A DNA stretch of 62,975 nucleotides, counting the filler, from Hausera hauseri (taxonomy: Eukaryota), in the NCBI GenBank assembly GCA_046269625.1. It is 11 parts of 11 records of this genome, joined end to end, with 100 filler letters (N's around TTAATTAATTAA, not from the genome) between each part and the next. Parts side by side here need not be neighbours in the genome. Positions count along the whole stretch, not along the records: positions 25,678 to 29,662 come from JBJURY010838636.1; positions 29,763 to 35,112 come from JBJURY010273508.1; positions 35,213 to 39,490 come from JBJURY010661885.1; 8 more parts are not named here. The stretch is one strand, 5' to 3'. Every line of letters starts with the position of its first letter. The stretch's first letter is position 1. Below the pieces are notes generated by a model. It was given only the letters and a program-made list of their open reading frames with translations. It did not search any database and was not told the origin of the DNA. A program made the translations under genes and the position numbers. Positions 25,578 to 39,590 of the stretch are shown here, one piece after another.

Positions 25578-26086
25578 NNNNNNNNNNNNNNNNNNNNNNN
25601 NNNNNNNNNNNNNNNNNNNNNTTAATTAATTAANNNNNNNNNNNNNNNNNNNNNNNNNNNNNNNNNNNNNNNNNNNNTCTCCTGATGAAGTGCTGCTGTA
25701 ATCCTTAGAAATAGTATGAAAGGGTGTATTTGTGACTCGATTCATTGATATTTTTTTCCGCCCTTTCTGTCTGCACTGTTTCCTACTTCACAGTGCATTA
25801 TAGTAAGGGCATTAAGCTGGAAAATATCTTTTAGATTTCGCCGTAGCATTCCCTCATTTGTAACTCGATTTCTATCATAAATTTACATGACTATACTGTT
25901 TAATGAAACCCAGTAAATGGGAGAAAACTGCTAAATGTAAAAATGAATGTAAAATATAGGTTGGTAAACGTCTTACCCGGAATGAGAAACAACGGAAAGA
26001 CCAGGTATACACTGTTGTAATAGGGAAAATGTAATGACAAAAATGCAAATAAAACGTTTTTAAAATTTTTGGAAATATCATTATCA

Positions 26087-26990
26087 TCATGTGGCCTTTG
26101 ATTTGCAGAAAGTCGCCCTCATCACAGCATGTCTGAAAGATTCTCTGTCTCTTGTCATCTCACCCGCCTCTCTCAAGATCATATTCAGTTTTTCATTGAT
26201 GTTTCGTTTCCGGCGTCGTCTTAGTTCTCCCTTGCCTCTTGCTCCAGGAACAATATCTTCCAATACTAGTTTAATGTGGCCAAAATATTTCAGTTTTCGA
26301 GACATGATACTGTTGATAAGCTAGTTGTTCGTGATGATCAGTTCTTGGAGTATATCTTTGTTTTTTTTTCTGTTTTAGTCCCTGATATTCAAGGACTTTT
26401 CTATAGCACTTTAATTCGAATGCGTTTAACTTTTTCTTTATTGCTTTGAATTGTCCATGATTCGCTTCCATAAGGTTGCCAAGGGGAAAATACATGGTCT
26501 TAGACGTTTTATTTTGATTGTGTTACTGGTGTCGTGCCACAGGTTCTTCATACTAATTTATCTCTGCAGGCTATGGTCAATCTCTTTCTATTTACCCTTG
26601 AGCAGTCTCCAGTCTTGTATATTGCGAATGACAGATATTAAAAATTTGGCAATTTTGGGATAGCGAGTAGTTTTGTCAGCTTTGATTATGTTTGCTATTT
26701 TTTTGAAGTGTGTTCAAAAAAATGTTCTGCTGTTTGCTGTGTTTTTTTTAACTGCCAGTATGAGTTATTCTAGGACTTTAGGACTACTTGAAAATGGGAC
26801 TGTATCACATGCATATATGAGTTCTGGAAGAGTGTTACCACCGATTTTGAAAGTATCACACTTGTCACCGGTCATCGTCTTTGACATTTCTCATTATATT
26901 TTCGGCATAGATGTTAAACAGATATGGGGAGAGTATACATCCTTGTATGGCAGTATTTTCATTCTGCCCCGCAAATTAACCTGCCTTCCC
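26087..26990 (-). mobile_element. RTE-clade LINE 3' fragment
   Basis: LNAFELKCYRKVL, RKLKYFGHI...LEDIVPGARGKG; RT-region remnants upstream. Confidence 0.8.
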
Positions 26991-27477
26991 CATTTGCTGT
27001 GACATGGACGAGCCCAGGATATTTTTAACTCGAGCTCAGATCTGAAGCTCAAGGTGACATTGAGTCTCCGGGAGAGTGTGTGAGCAGAGCGAGCGAAAAA
27101 AGATGGCACTCTCTCTTGCAAGTGCGAGTAATTTGTTCAACCTGGAGCAGATGATAACTGTGCGTTCTTATTTAGTACTGTGTGGTAAACATTCTCGGCA
27201 TCTAACAGATTTGAATGAACTAAGCTAGAAATGTAAAACATAGCATGGGACCAAATATCCCCATGAGAATACTGGTTGCAGACAATGCCAGGTAGACATG
27301 GCGGTTTGCCTTGAACGAAGTTCTCATTGTTATATGTCAACATTGGTTCTAAGAGCTACGGAGTAAATGGGCTATTGCTTTGTTTCCATAGAACGTATGT
27401 GTTGCTTAAACGTTTCATTTCATGCATAATTGCTCCGAATATGAGCGTACTGAGCTGGCATCTTTTCCAGAAGCCTT

Positions 27478-27645
27478 AAACACATGCTGGTGTCATATGA
27501 GTGTGCTGAGGACTACAACAGCCATCTGTGTGATTGTTCATGTGAGACCTTGACATTGCATAAGCACATGCTGGTTTCACTTGAGTGTACTGAAGGCTAA
27601 AGCAGCCATCTGTGTGTTTATTAATGAGACTTACACATTGACATA
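27478..27645. repeat. Two diverged tandem copies of an ~85-bp unit
   Basis: CACATGCTGGT...CAGCCATCTGTGTG...GAGAC...ACATTG occurs twice. Confidence 0.7.
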
Positions 27646-29240
27646 TCCTCGTATGCACCATGAGCTACGAGCCTGTCCATAGATGCTAGGATGTGAGTTA
27701 TATCCTATCAATGCCTTATGTGAATACAGGAGATATGGAGTCAACTGTCTGACCGTGTGTACTCTGCAGCTGAAGACCTGTTTGAGACAATCTTAAGATT
27801 CACTTATTATCTTTCGTTGAATGAACTTCACACCTAGACACGGTGTGGGATATTTACATAATTCATACTGTGTGACTAAAGTGACTCTGTGGTGAAGAAC
27901 CACTGAGTAGTGTTGATTCATTATCTGAACGGATCTTAACGGGTGGAGCTCTGGGGCCTGTCCATCACAGCATCAAGCAATTGCTAAACGGACAGGAGTA
28001 CTAACAGAACAGTAAACAGTAATATTTGACTTTGTAATTGAAGAGTATCATTGAACAGTATCATTGACATTATTATGCAAGTGAGAAGGAGACTTACAGA
28101 TGTACAGGAGGAACAAAGACGACCTCTATGAGTGAAGGAGTAACTTAGTATATAAAGATGACTGTAAGGTGAATTAAAGGCATGAGAGCTACATCTTTTT
28201 ATTATGTATTCTAGTTGTGTTCCTTATGTCGATATGCTGTTGTGTTCATCATCTTAATAAAGTTCACGGTTGCATTTGGTTTACCAATGCTTTGTCCTCC
28301 ATTGATCGTTGTTAAATATACAGTGATACATTGTTATATAGTTGATCAACACGTGGACCCATACATCCAGTGGTCATTAGTCACCACCTGCACTATCATA
28401 CTTGTTTTACTCCTTTTAGTATCTCAAACCATTCTGACCTTTTTCCCGATATTATGTAAATATACAAATTAATACAAGAATGCATGAATATACAAGTCTA
28501 AAGATTGAGAATAGATGAACAGATAATTAAAACAAAACAAAATAAAACAGGAAGACCCAAAGACACTACTTAACACGCGATAATCGATACATGAATCGAA
28601 GAATACTTTTGTAGGGGGCTTGAGATGGCACGTGTGAATAGTGTCATGACTCACTGGTCAGTCTTATACTGATCCAGATGTCGGGAAGGGTGGTAGGAGT
28701 GAAAGTGGACGATGTGTGAGAACACCTACCTGTCCCAGGGAAATTAACCTGGACGATGTGCGAGGACACCTACCTGTCCGAAGGAACTGAACGGTTAATT
28801 CTTGTTGTTGCTATAACACCGAGGGGTTAGCAGCCATTAAGATGTGATCCGAAGTAAAAATTAAATGGCTAATGAAGTATCAAAGTTTGGGGAATGATAA
28901 TGCACAAGTGGGTTTATAGATAAAATATCGGCAACGTTATGTAACAGACCAAGAGCAAATTTCCGTCACGGATTGAGCAGTTACTGTGATAAAAGGAAAG
29001 CAAGGCATCTTGTATTGGAGACATCAAAGATCGCGTATACGGGAGAAGGGGACCATCCACAATTTCCCGAATGTTACATATGAATGAATGAATGAATGAA
29101 GAATTTCATAAATCTGTTTTTCTCTAACTTGAATATGTTACCAACTTTCTTCTCGTTTGATTCATTGTTTTAACAAACCAGTTTGTTTGGTACCACATGT
29201 TAGTGAAGATAATTACTACATCACATGTATAAACACCAAC

Positions 29241-29455
29241 CTTTAAAGGTGTTGTGATGCATAAACATCTCTCGAATGTGATAAAAGCAGTGATCCAGCC
29301 AGTGATGCGAGTAAACACAGTGTGGGGGATTCCAGTTGCCAAGTAATGAACCTCAGTGGAATCGAAGTGTATGTCTGCTGTTATAAAGGCTGGGGTCCAA
29401 AAGATGTTATTGACTGCAAGGGTCGAAAGGCAAACAATATCAGACACGGCCAAAC
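29241..29455 (-). CDS. Internal exon of a rhodopsin-class GPCR (TM2-TM3), gastropod chemoreceptor-like
   Basis: LAVSD...GIPHTVFTRITGWITAFITFERCLCITTPLK, bounded by AG and GT. Confidence 0.8.
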
Positions 29456-29587
29456 CTGTTCAGAAAATATAGGACAAATAATCAGGACATGAACTGTGGT
29501 ACAAATGTTATAAAAGAATTCAAGATTAATAAGCATCTTGCCGAAAAAAATGCGCGCGCGCACGCGCACACACATATTCTGCATGAG

Positions 29588-29662
29588 TATGTATGTATGT
29601 ATGTATGTATGTATGTATGTATGTATGTATGTATGTATGTATGTATGTATGTATGTATGTAT
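29588..29662. repeat. (TATG)n microsatellite
   Basis: Direct reading. Confidence 0.97.
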
Positions 29663-29762
29663 NNNNNNNNNNNNNNNNNNNNNNNNNNNNNNNNNNNNNN
29701 NNNNNNTTAATTAATTAANNNNNNNNNNNNNNNNNNNNNNNNNNNNNNNNNNNNNNNNNNNN

Positions 29763-29930
29763 TGGCAGAAATCTCACACGCATTTGTTGGAGTAGATCGC
29801 AGGCCTCCACAAATTAATCTGAGTGCTTGGTTCTGGATGAAGTCTAACCTGTTTCTCCGGGTCTGACTAGCAGTGGCTTGCTATGGCAGGGAGTAGTCCA
29901 CGACAGACGTACAGATTTGTACTCTACGTC
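29763..29930 (-). mobile_element. LINE (I/Nimb-like) post-RT fragment
   Basis: LDFIQNQALRLICGGLRSTPTNACEI. Confidence 0.6.
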
Positions 29931-30134
29931 CCTTTCGTACTGAGGGTGAGATCAAAAGATATGACCACTTATTTACTGTTGAGACTGCAAGGTTACTTAA
30001 GTTCCGAGACCATGTTTGGTTTAGAAATTATTCAACGTTTTATACATACAGTTAACTTCCTAACGTGCCAGGCTGACGATGTTTCATTTCTTGTTTTTGT
30101 TTTAAATACAACATCATCAGGTGACATACTGTGA

Positions 30135-31660
30135 AGCCTAGGTCCTCATTGATCCCCATGTCTCGCGATTCCTGGTGTACTCTATCATCTCTGCATTTGA
30201 CTTACATCCGAGCCATTCTCGCAAACCATCCAGACACATCTTTCACTGTCTGCTTCTGTTTCCTGGTATTTTGTCATGACCAAGTTCTCCGGACCTTCTC
30301 TTCTTAAAATATGGCCAGTGATAGATGTCTGTCTATTTCTGATTTACTATTAAGCGTTCTTGCTGCATCTGCTGCGTGTAAAACCTCTTCATTTGTTTGT
30401 TTTGCTGTCCAAGAGATTTTCAACAGTCTTCTGAGAAACCACATATCTGTTGTTTAAAGAATTGTCCAAAGTCTAACTCAATGTCAGATTCGCAGCCATA
30501 CATTAGTATGGGTTTGATATAACACTGCAGGACTCTTTTTCTCAACTGTAATGATAGATCTGTACCATATAGTATGTTTTTCATTTTGTGGAAAACTGTC
30601 TGCCTGTGCAATTCTACTTTTGATTGCCGTGTCACATCTGCCATCTGATGTTATAAGAGTTGAGGTATTTGAATTTCTGCACTTGTTTTACTTTTGCTGC
30701 TTTTATCATTACATTGCACAATGGTGGCTCTTTTTTCTTAGAGACTGTCATCGTTACTGTTTTTTTGGTGTTTAAGCTGAGTCCATTCTTTTCACTTTCA
30801 GTTATTACCGTGTTTAGCATCTCTTGTAAATCCCCTTCGTTGGTTGCTATTAGCACAGTGTCACGTGCATAGCGTAAATTATGTAAATTATATCCACCCA
30901 TTTTTAATACGGGCAAATCTTCTATTGATCACATTATGTTTTCACTATATAGGGAGAACAAATCTGGGAATAGAACACAATGCTGTCGTACACTCTGTTT
31001 TATTTCTTGGAGTGGCCCTGTTTGGTTTTCTACCCGTACAGCTGCTTTTGTTGCCGTACAAGTTCTTTATCAGCCTTAGATCTTTACCATCCATGTTTAT
31101 GTCCTAGAGCATATGAATAATTTCTTTGCGCTTAACTTTGTCAAATGCCTTGGTATAATCGATAATCACACATATAAATCTGTCTGAACTTCTATTAATC
31201 TTTCCATTATAGTTCTCAGTATGTATATAGCGTTGTGTGAGAGACTTATAGATCTGTACTCATCACATTCTATGACACCTGAACTTTTCGGTACCATAAC
31301 ATTTGATTGAAATAGGTCTTCTGGTATGTGCCGCTGTTCTAGATATCATTTAAGAGTTTTGATGTGATTTAAATTCTAAAATCACCTAATGCCTCTAATG
31401 CTTGAGTTGTTATATTGTCTGGGCCAGGTGTTTCCCCGTGTTTCATTTGTTTAATAGCTTCTCTTACTTCGTCTTCAAGTATTGGTGGACCCTGTTCATT
31501 GTTAATATCAGTTATTTCTGGTCTGTTATCATTGTATAGTTCTCCTATGTATTCTGACCATCTTGCCATTATTTCTTCTCTTCCCATTAATACTTTACCC
31601 TCTTTTGATTTGATGCATCTTGTGTTACAAATTTTTTCTTATGTTTTTTTCCCATTGTAA
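30135..31660 (-). mobile_element. RTE-clade LINE ORF2 fragment
   Basis: RWSEYIGELY, PILEDEVREAIKQMK..PGPDNI, NLRYARDTVLIA, CYIKPILMYGCES. Confidence 0.88.
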
Positions 31661-31910
31661 GAATTTTTTTCTGCCTCACATACTGTCACATTAAAGCTCC
31701 ACGTGATGGAAAACGTTTTCTAATCTCTTTCATTTGTTTCTGTTTTAGGCTACAATTGGAACAGTTTCGTTCCCAGCCAATAATTGTTGGGGAACTATTT
31801 TGCTCAAAGTATGAAATAATAATAATGAAACTTTATTTTTAAAGGGTTGAGAATTGGGCAGGTAGGCCGGTCTTATATTCTGACCTTTCTGTTTTAACCT
31901 TTTCAACATC

Positions 31911-33039
31911 AGTAGTAGGGTACGTGCATAATCTATCGCATATTTGGCTCTAATATAGGGAGCATAGTAAAATACGGGGAGCAAGTTAGCGCCAGGTGCC
32001 CAGGTGGGTAAGAGGAGACAACTTTAGTATAAGTTAATTTTTTGATGAAATTTTATGTTTTGATAGGAAATTGTTATATGTTTGATAGGTGTTTTGTGTA
32101 TTTGTTACGTAAGTCAGGTACCCGATTAGGTAAAGCGAGACAATCTTTGTTAAATTAAAATGTTTACGTAAGTAAAAGGGTGTTTTTATGTAATGCCATC
32201 ATATTATTGTCCCCGGGTGCCTACTGTTGTCTTCTTCTTCGTGTTGTAAACCTAGATAAAGGTAGATGTTGTCAGTAGGTGGGTACTCGGTGGGTTAGGT
32301 TGATAACCAGGCAGGTCACTTGTTATATGATTGTTTGTATGTAATAGTGTGTTAGGTAAGGGGTGGGTGCTCACATTGTTATGGAAGGGGTATGTGAGGA
32401 TGTTTCTTCGTGGTGTCATCAGCAGGTGGGTTAGGTGGATACCTGGGCAGTAGGGGGAGATAATTTTGTGAAACTTATTTTGATGACGTCATATATTTTA
32501 TCTAGTTAGATATGCAGCATGATCATTCTTTTGATGACGTCATTTTGATGACATAATTAATATTTTAATAGTTGTCTTGTCTTGTGTTTGATCCACAGTC
32601 ATCGAGCGTCAGCATAACACACTATTACATGCAATCAATCATATAACAAGGCGACCTGCCCGGGGATCCACCTAACCCACCGTGTATCCACATACTGACA
32701 ATATCTACCCTTATCAATGTTTACAACACGAAGAAGAAGAAAACAGTAGCCACCTTATGATGGCATTATATAAAAACACCTACCTACATACATATTTAAA
32801 TTTAACACAAATTGTCTCCCCTTACCTACCCAGGTAAGAGCCTGGTACCTGACGTAATTAACAATACACAAAACACCTACCAAATATATAACAATTACCT
32901 ATCAAAGTATACAATTTCAAAAAAAAAAATTATGCAAAGGTTCTCTCCCCTCATCTACGCCATCTTGATATCTCTTATTTTGCTATGCTCCCTATATTAG
33001 CGCCAGAAATGCGACAAAGTTTGCACGCACCTTACTACT
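31911..33039. mobile_element. Complete non-autonomous mini-Polinton/Maverick (1129 bp, long TIRs, 6-bp TSD AACATC)
   Basis: Termini AGTAGT...ACTACT; AACATC at 31905-31910 and 33040-33045; inverted similarity over several hundred bp; no coding ORF. Confidence 0.85.
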
Positions 33040-33134
33040 AACATCTTGCATAATCACATATACTTTGGTTACATTAGTATTATGTATTAGCACGAGAGTT
33101 TTACTGCAGCAATATTTGTGTTACATCACCATCA

Positions 33135-33940
33135 TCAGGTGCCACGCTGTGAAGCGTATGTCGTCATGGATCTCCATCTCTCGCGATTCCTGGTGTCTCC
33201 ATTCATCTCTGCGGTTGACTTACTCCCGAGCCATTCTTTCAAACCATCCTGACACTTCATTCTTTGCCGTCCACTATTTTTATTTCCTGGTATTTTGCCT
33301 GTGGTGACCAAGTTCTCCAGACTTTCTCTTCTAAAATATGGCCAATTAAAGATGTCTGTCTCTTACTGATAGCGTTCTCTCTGTGTCTGCTTCGTGTAAA
33401 ACTTCTTTTCTGTTCATGAGATTTTCAACATTCTCCTGAGAAACCACATCTCCGTTGCTTATAAAGAATTTTCCAGTTTCTTACTCGTTGTCCAAGATAC
33501 GCAGCCATACATTAGTATGGGTTCGATATAACACTGCATGACTCTCTATCTCAATGGTAATGGCAGATCTGTCTTACATAATATGCTTTTCACTTTCTGG
33601 AATGCTGTTTTTTCCTGTGCAATTCTACTTTTCATTTCCGTGTCACGTCTGTCATCTGATATTATAAGGAGTTCCAAGGCATTTTAATATCTGCACTTGT
33701 TTTACTTTTGTCGATTTTATCATTACATTGCACACTGGTGACTGTTTCTTCTTAGAGACTGTCATCATTACTGCTTTTTTGGTGTTTAAGCTGAGTCCAT
33801 TCTTTTCACTTTCAGTTATTACCGTGTTTGGCATCTCTTGTAAATCCCTTTCATTCGATGCTATTAGCACAGTGTCACATCCACACAGTATAAATTATTT
33901 AAATTATTTCCACCAACTTTTAATCGAGGCAAATCTGTAA
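33135..33940 (-). mobile_element. RTE-clade LINE 3' fragment, same family as 30135-31660
   Basis: Close paralogue of 30140-30925 (TVITESEKNGLSLNTKK). Confidence 0.88.
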
Positions 33941-35212
33941 TTTTTTATACATCGTAATTTGAAAAAAATATTCCTTCTACAAAACTTTCCATTTATTCAA
34001 ATTTTCCTATTTTTCTTGTCTGTTAAGTGCCAACTTGTTCTACTTTCTATAAATGAAACTAAAATGCAATTAATGTCAATGACATTGTATCAAATTAAAA
34101 ACAAAACCTGTCTTCATCAGTGCTGAAGCAGTGCTATTTATGTTCCTCATGATGTACTCTGAATACCATTATCAGCACATTCATCGTTTAGATGCTCTGA
34201 CAAGTTATGTCATGAATGAGCAGAACATGGATCTATTTACAGATCTATCTTTTATCTTTCCCTGAAAACCATTTACTTCTGCAAAGCTTTTTAAATTTTC
34301 CTCAGACAAAGGCAATGCCCAGAAGATGCATAAAAATGGTTAAAATTGTTTTTAAAAAAACGCCTGTATTGCAATGGCCCTCACTAAAACATCTGATTGT
34401 TGTTCTTGTTCTTGATTTCACATCAACCAGCATCAGCTCTTATGGATGAGCATGAACAGGACTAAGAAGGAATATGTAGGAGGGTATCTGAACCTTCCTG
34501 CTTACCCGGTGGTGTCCAGGAAGTGGACCAAGGTCCTCCAGGCTTAACTGCAATGACTGGCCTCATGGAAGTCATCCAGCATTCAATTAGGGACCACCCT
34601 GAGTCTCCACCCATTAGCCAGCAGGTTTCCTTACTGTTGTCTGGAGTTGACAACAAAGGCGTGGATAGAGGATCTTAGCTGACAATGGTTCGCAGCTCTG
34701 GGTTGCCACCTATATAGCACCCCAGTCTCCTATACTGACATCAATACGCACACCCTCAAACTGTCTCTGTAACAACACTGTTCAGACGCAAGCTTGATGG
34801 TATTATTCAGATTTATACAGTTTCCCTTGTCACTGAAAATTAAAAATAATTACAATCGGCGAAATGTATATCAGCTCAATTGCTGAAACACCAGACTGAC
34901 ATGGGCCTGCTTATAATGACCAGATTGTAACAAATGTATATTCTCTCAAAATAAAAACTTTATCAGTGTACATACATTATGCTAGTCATTAAAGTAAAGG
35001 GACTCCATTCATGCCTAATAGAGTATAAGGGAATGTGGAGTTAATATACACGTTTTTTTAACTGGCCAATGGCATATTACAGTCTTTAGGTATAACTAAA
35101 GTCGTCTACTTCNNNNNNNNNNNNNNNNNNNNNNNNNNNNNNNNNNNNNNNNNNNNTTAATTAATTAANNNNNNNNNNNNNNNNNNNNNNNNNNNNNNNN
35201 NNNNNNNNNNNN

Positions 35213-35555
35213 CTTTTGAAACGATTATCGAAATTTTCTTAACGACTGTATCGTCTGATATTATTTATTCTTGTTAATAAATCTTTGTTTTTTTATTCTT
35301 TTGATAGTTTTTCGTCGCTCTTTAAGAGAGACTAGAGTAACACTAAGTTTTAAAATATAATTTAAAAATCTATAGGTAGGACAAGACCTATTTAACCTTG
35401 CACAGGATATACACAAAGTACAAGCATTATAAAATCAGTGCAAACATTCTAACGAGAACATTAGGACTTACCTGCTTATATAATATTATTAAAATTTGAG
35501 TTTAATTCATTGTTATAGTTGGATGTTGGATAGGGCCCACCTTCAACTACTAACA
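35213..35555 (+). repeat. 3' part of the 5' LTR of gag-ORF2 element copy 2
   Basis: Ends ...CCTTCAACTACTAACA; homologous to 51700-52030; followed by a PBS. Confidence 0.85.
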
Positions 35556-35557
35556 AT

Positions 35558-35575
35558 TAGCGACCCTAGCAGGAC
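35558..35575 (+). promoter_or_regulatory. Primer-binding site, tRNA-Arg-like
   Basis: TAGCGACCCTAGCAGGAC 2 nt after the LTR end; resembles the TGGCGACCGTGACAGGAC tRNA-Arg PBS of 412/mdg1 elements. Confidence 0.65.
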
Positions 35576-35700
35576 AGTTTGCACTTGCTAGACTTGACTT
35601 TTAGCAATCAGCGCTACCACATCAAATAATGGTTTACAGGATTTGCTGAGAAATTAAAATTTGGGATTTATAAGAGAAACCCTCAGTATTAGATTTGAGA

Positions 35701-38700
35701 ATGAATATTGATAGACACAAGTCAGACGATAGTTTAAACTTAATCTCGAACGGTAAAGAGAATATTAATTTACGTGAAATGCGCAATAAAGTTTATAGAA
35801 AAGATAAAACATTGAGTAGATGTACTTTATCTGAGACCAACTTAACTAATATCGAACCGACTGATTTAGACGCTGTTGAGCAGCCTGTAGAATTTAAAAT
35901 TCCTGATAAGATTAGAACTCGTAAGTTAATTAAGGAAAATTTAATAAACGTTTAAAACATGGTTGAAAATCAAGCAGTAGCGCAGAAGCTCGACATTTTC
36001 ACATTTCAGTCTCTGAATCTGCCGGCGTACGACAGAGACCCGGACGGACTTAATGAGTTTTTGAGAACCTACAAATTGCGCGCAGAAGGTGCTGGACTTG
36101 CATCTAACGTAATGATTAAACGTTTGTCATTGTATTTGAAGAATTTGGCTGCTAATGCCTATAGCGAACTCAGATTATGAGAAGAAAATTTGGCCCTTAT
36201 TAGCAGGAGCCTTAAATAGAAAATTATTACCTACGGTAACCCCGCAACAAAAGCTTATGGCTTTTCAGTATAAGATGCAACAGAAGGGTAAATCGGTAAC
36301 CCAGTTTGCATTCGCATTGAAGAAACTTGCAAGCAGTTATGTAAATACTTTAAGAATAGCCAATATAGCTAAGGCTAAAAGCGAGGCAGAACGTGAAGCC
36401 GCAGAAAAGGCAAGCCCTCCAGACTTAGACGTCATGATGACGCAATTAATAAATGGCATCTGGTCTTAAGGTAGTGAAAAAGTTGATTCTAGCTCGACCA
36501 GAAAACTTTGACAAAACCTTTCAGTTAGCTCAAGACCAAGAAATGGCACTGGATAGATATGCAAAGGCAACGATAGAAATGACAGGAACAACGATCGAAA
36601 CGATAGAAATGACAGAAACTGGAATGATAATCGTAGCAGAGATAATAGGCGATTTAACAGAAACTATGGAAATAGAAATCAGAACAGTACTAATGACTAT
36701 AAAAGTAACCGGTATGGTAACCGAAATTTTGGTAATGATCGAAATAGTCCATCTGGTAAACCAAACTATGGTACAGATAGACACCCAGACGGTCCCAGAA
36801 GTTCCAATAGTTCCAAGAAGTTCCAAAATCAGAATTATAGTAGGAATTCGAGCAGATCGAAATCACCCGTAAATGAAGACGGTCGACAGAGTCGGAAGAA
36901 ATCGTAATCTAATTTGTTACACATGTGGACCAGAAGGACACGCAGCAAGGTCCTGTCCAAACCCACGAAGTGTTTCGTTTGTTAAACCTAGCAAAACTAG
37001 TGTAATCAGAAATGAGAATTTAGAAGCAATCTACGGTATCCACAAAGATATGAGTATGATTATCGAAATACAAGTTTTACGACGTTTTTAAAGGCCCAGC
37101 CTGATACTAACGACCCCAAAGTTTTAATGGCTAGAAACGAGTATGAGCGCAAGTTACGCCTATCAGAGGTATATCATGGCCTTCGTGAGCCAGAAACTGA
37201 AGGAACGTGCTATAGCTCCATCAAGACTTGCCGACATGGAACGGAAAAAGAATGCTCCTGCGGCTAATAAAGAGCCAGAAGTACCGGTAGAACCCAAAAC
37301 TTCGAATGAAGTAGATTTAGATGCAGAACCTGAATATACGATAAAAAAAGTAAACAAAATTATAGAAGTTGATGAAGATAAAAAATTTATGGAACCACTA
37401 ATACTTAAAATTACAAAAAAGAAGCAGTAGTCCATCGTTAAAGCAAAAACGTAAAGATCGCTCACGATCTCCGATGAATAAGGAAAAGTTAGATAGAACG
37501 AAAGAAACTGAGATCGGTTTAGAAAGCGACAGTCTGAATACCCCAGAATTCGATTTAGCTTCACCTGTCCGAATAGAAGAATTAACAGATTTTGGAAATG
37601 AAATAAACAAAATATGTCCACTACCAATTAGTGAAGAAGAGAGAACAGAATGAGAAATTTGATCAGAGAAGATGGAAAATCAGATGTTCGTGGAAAAATG
37701 ATGATGAATTGAAGAAAATGAGAATTAATTGCTTCGATCCAAAGGTATTGCAACAAAACTTATAGGGACCTAAAGAGATTGCCGAACAAGTAGATATCTC
37801 TGGTAAAGAACAACAATTTGTGGAAAGATTATATAGAAGATTGAAGTCATGTAATGAAGGGAAGCTCGACGAAGCTATAGACTTGGAACAACCTGAAGAA
37901 GTATCACCAGAAATGTTGGCAAACTGGAAACACAAGTTAGAATCGTGGATAAGTGGAATCAAATTCCCAGAAGAATGGGATAAATATACCGAGGACGTTG
38001 AAAAGTGGAAAAGGCCCGGACATTACTGACTACGATAGAAGAAAATCCTAATTCAAAAAGGGTAGCACGTAACTTAGAGCGTGTCCTGAATGAAATTAGA
38101 TTCGAAATGGTCGATCGGCTCAGAAAAAAGCCAGTTAACGAACGGAAGGAAATTGACTTAGAAATATTGGGCACTGACCCAGTAGATATCTCCCCCTTGA
38201 TGGAGATGATAAAAATTGCTTCCACCGCATCAAAACAATATACAAGTTTGGAAAATCGTATTAAAATTGAGAACGAAAAAAGGTCGCAAATTTACAGCTT
38301 GATAAATAGAATTATGCATATGAATAATGAGGAAACACAGAATATAAAGATGAATTCAACTATGACAACCAGATCATGGGTTTTATCAAAGGCCCTTATG
38401 AAGCATCGGAGGATGCTCACAAAGCATTAGACAAGGCAATATTTGCGAAACCGGTTATAATTAATTAACTAAGTGAATGGTCCAAAATAATATCAAGACT
38501 AAGCAAATTAGTGGAAAGTTACATAAAGGAATTTCCAGAGAGCGAACCCGTAGTAAATAGACAATTAGAGGAAAATGCATAGAATCTACATACAATGAAT
38601 GCGAAATAGACCTCCGTACGCAGTTTGACACGCTAAGTCAAATAGATTTTATGAAAAGAAAGAAAGAAATGACGATGCTAGAAGAGATATACAAAATGAT

Positions 38701-39300
38701 CGAAGAAACAAACTACGAAAAAACGGAATATGACTTGCAATCTCTATCCAAGAGTAAGAAATATCTGCCTAGAAGGAATTCAACATTTGACAGCTAAACC
38801 TATTGGCAAAATCTTAATCCAGGATCTAGAGATGTTAGATATTTGTCCAGAACATAGAACAGTTATAGAAGAAGCATTGAAATTTCTACACAAACCACAA
38901 GAGTGGATAAGCGGAACAGATCAAAGATGTCACACCGAGCTAACAAAACTAAGAAATGACCCTCACCTCAGCTTCGAGGAAGGTAAGTTCGTAAATAAAT
39001 TGCTCGATGCGATAGATCCAGATTCAAAAATCCTTAACGAGATGTATGAGTTAGAATTACTAATGGTAGAAATGGCAGAAATCAATGATACAAAAATAAG
39101 ACAATTGATGCCTCAAATAAGACAAGCCGAAGAGACGTGCATTAGAACCAAACAGAGAGCGATAAGACTAGACGAACTAACCAAATAGCTCGAAATCTAT
39201 AGAGGTAAATATGTGCTTACAGAGTCGGAAAAAGCTGAAAAGTCACGATTTGTGCAAAGATGGTAAAGAGACGTAGTCTCTGAATTAACTAATTATCAAG
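35701..39300 (+). pseudogene. Copy 2 of gag (35701-37091) and orphan ORF2 (37085 to about 39300)
   Basis: Colinear with 1-3410; CYTCGPEGHAARSC; same RRF-stop / -1 junction. Confidence 0.85.
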
Positions 39301-39590
39301 AAAAAGGATTGATCCTGTGAGGAGGAATTTAAACGAATATTAATGTTTAAATTCAATTAAAAGTCAATTCAATAAACAGCCAATATAAAGTCAAGAAATT
39401 CAAAAAAGGATAAAAATAAGACTCCTTTAATGAGTGAAGGAGATAATTGTTATACAAACTTTTATAATAAATTTCTAATGCATAATTCAANNNNNNNNNN
39501 NNNNNNNNNNNNNNNNNNNNNNNNNNNNNNNNNNTTAATTAATTAANNNNNNNNNNNNNNNNNNNNNNNNNNNNNNNNNNNNNNNNNNNN

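Noticed and set aside
28642-28818. Possible short solo LTR or hammerhead ribozyme around a 29-bp direct repeat
   Set aside because: No TSD or second copy; lacks an intact CUGANGA/GAAA core
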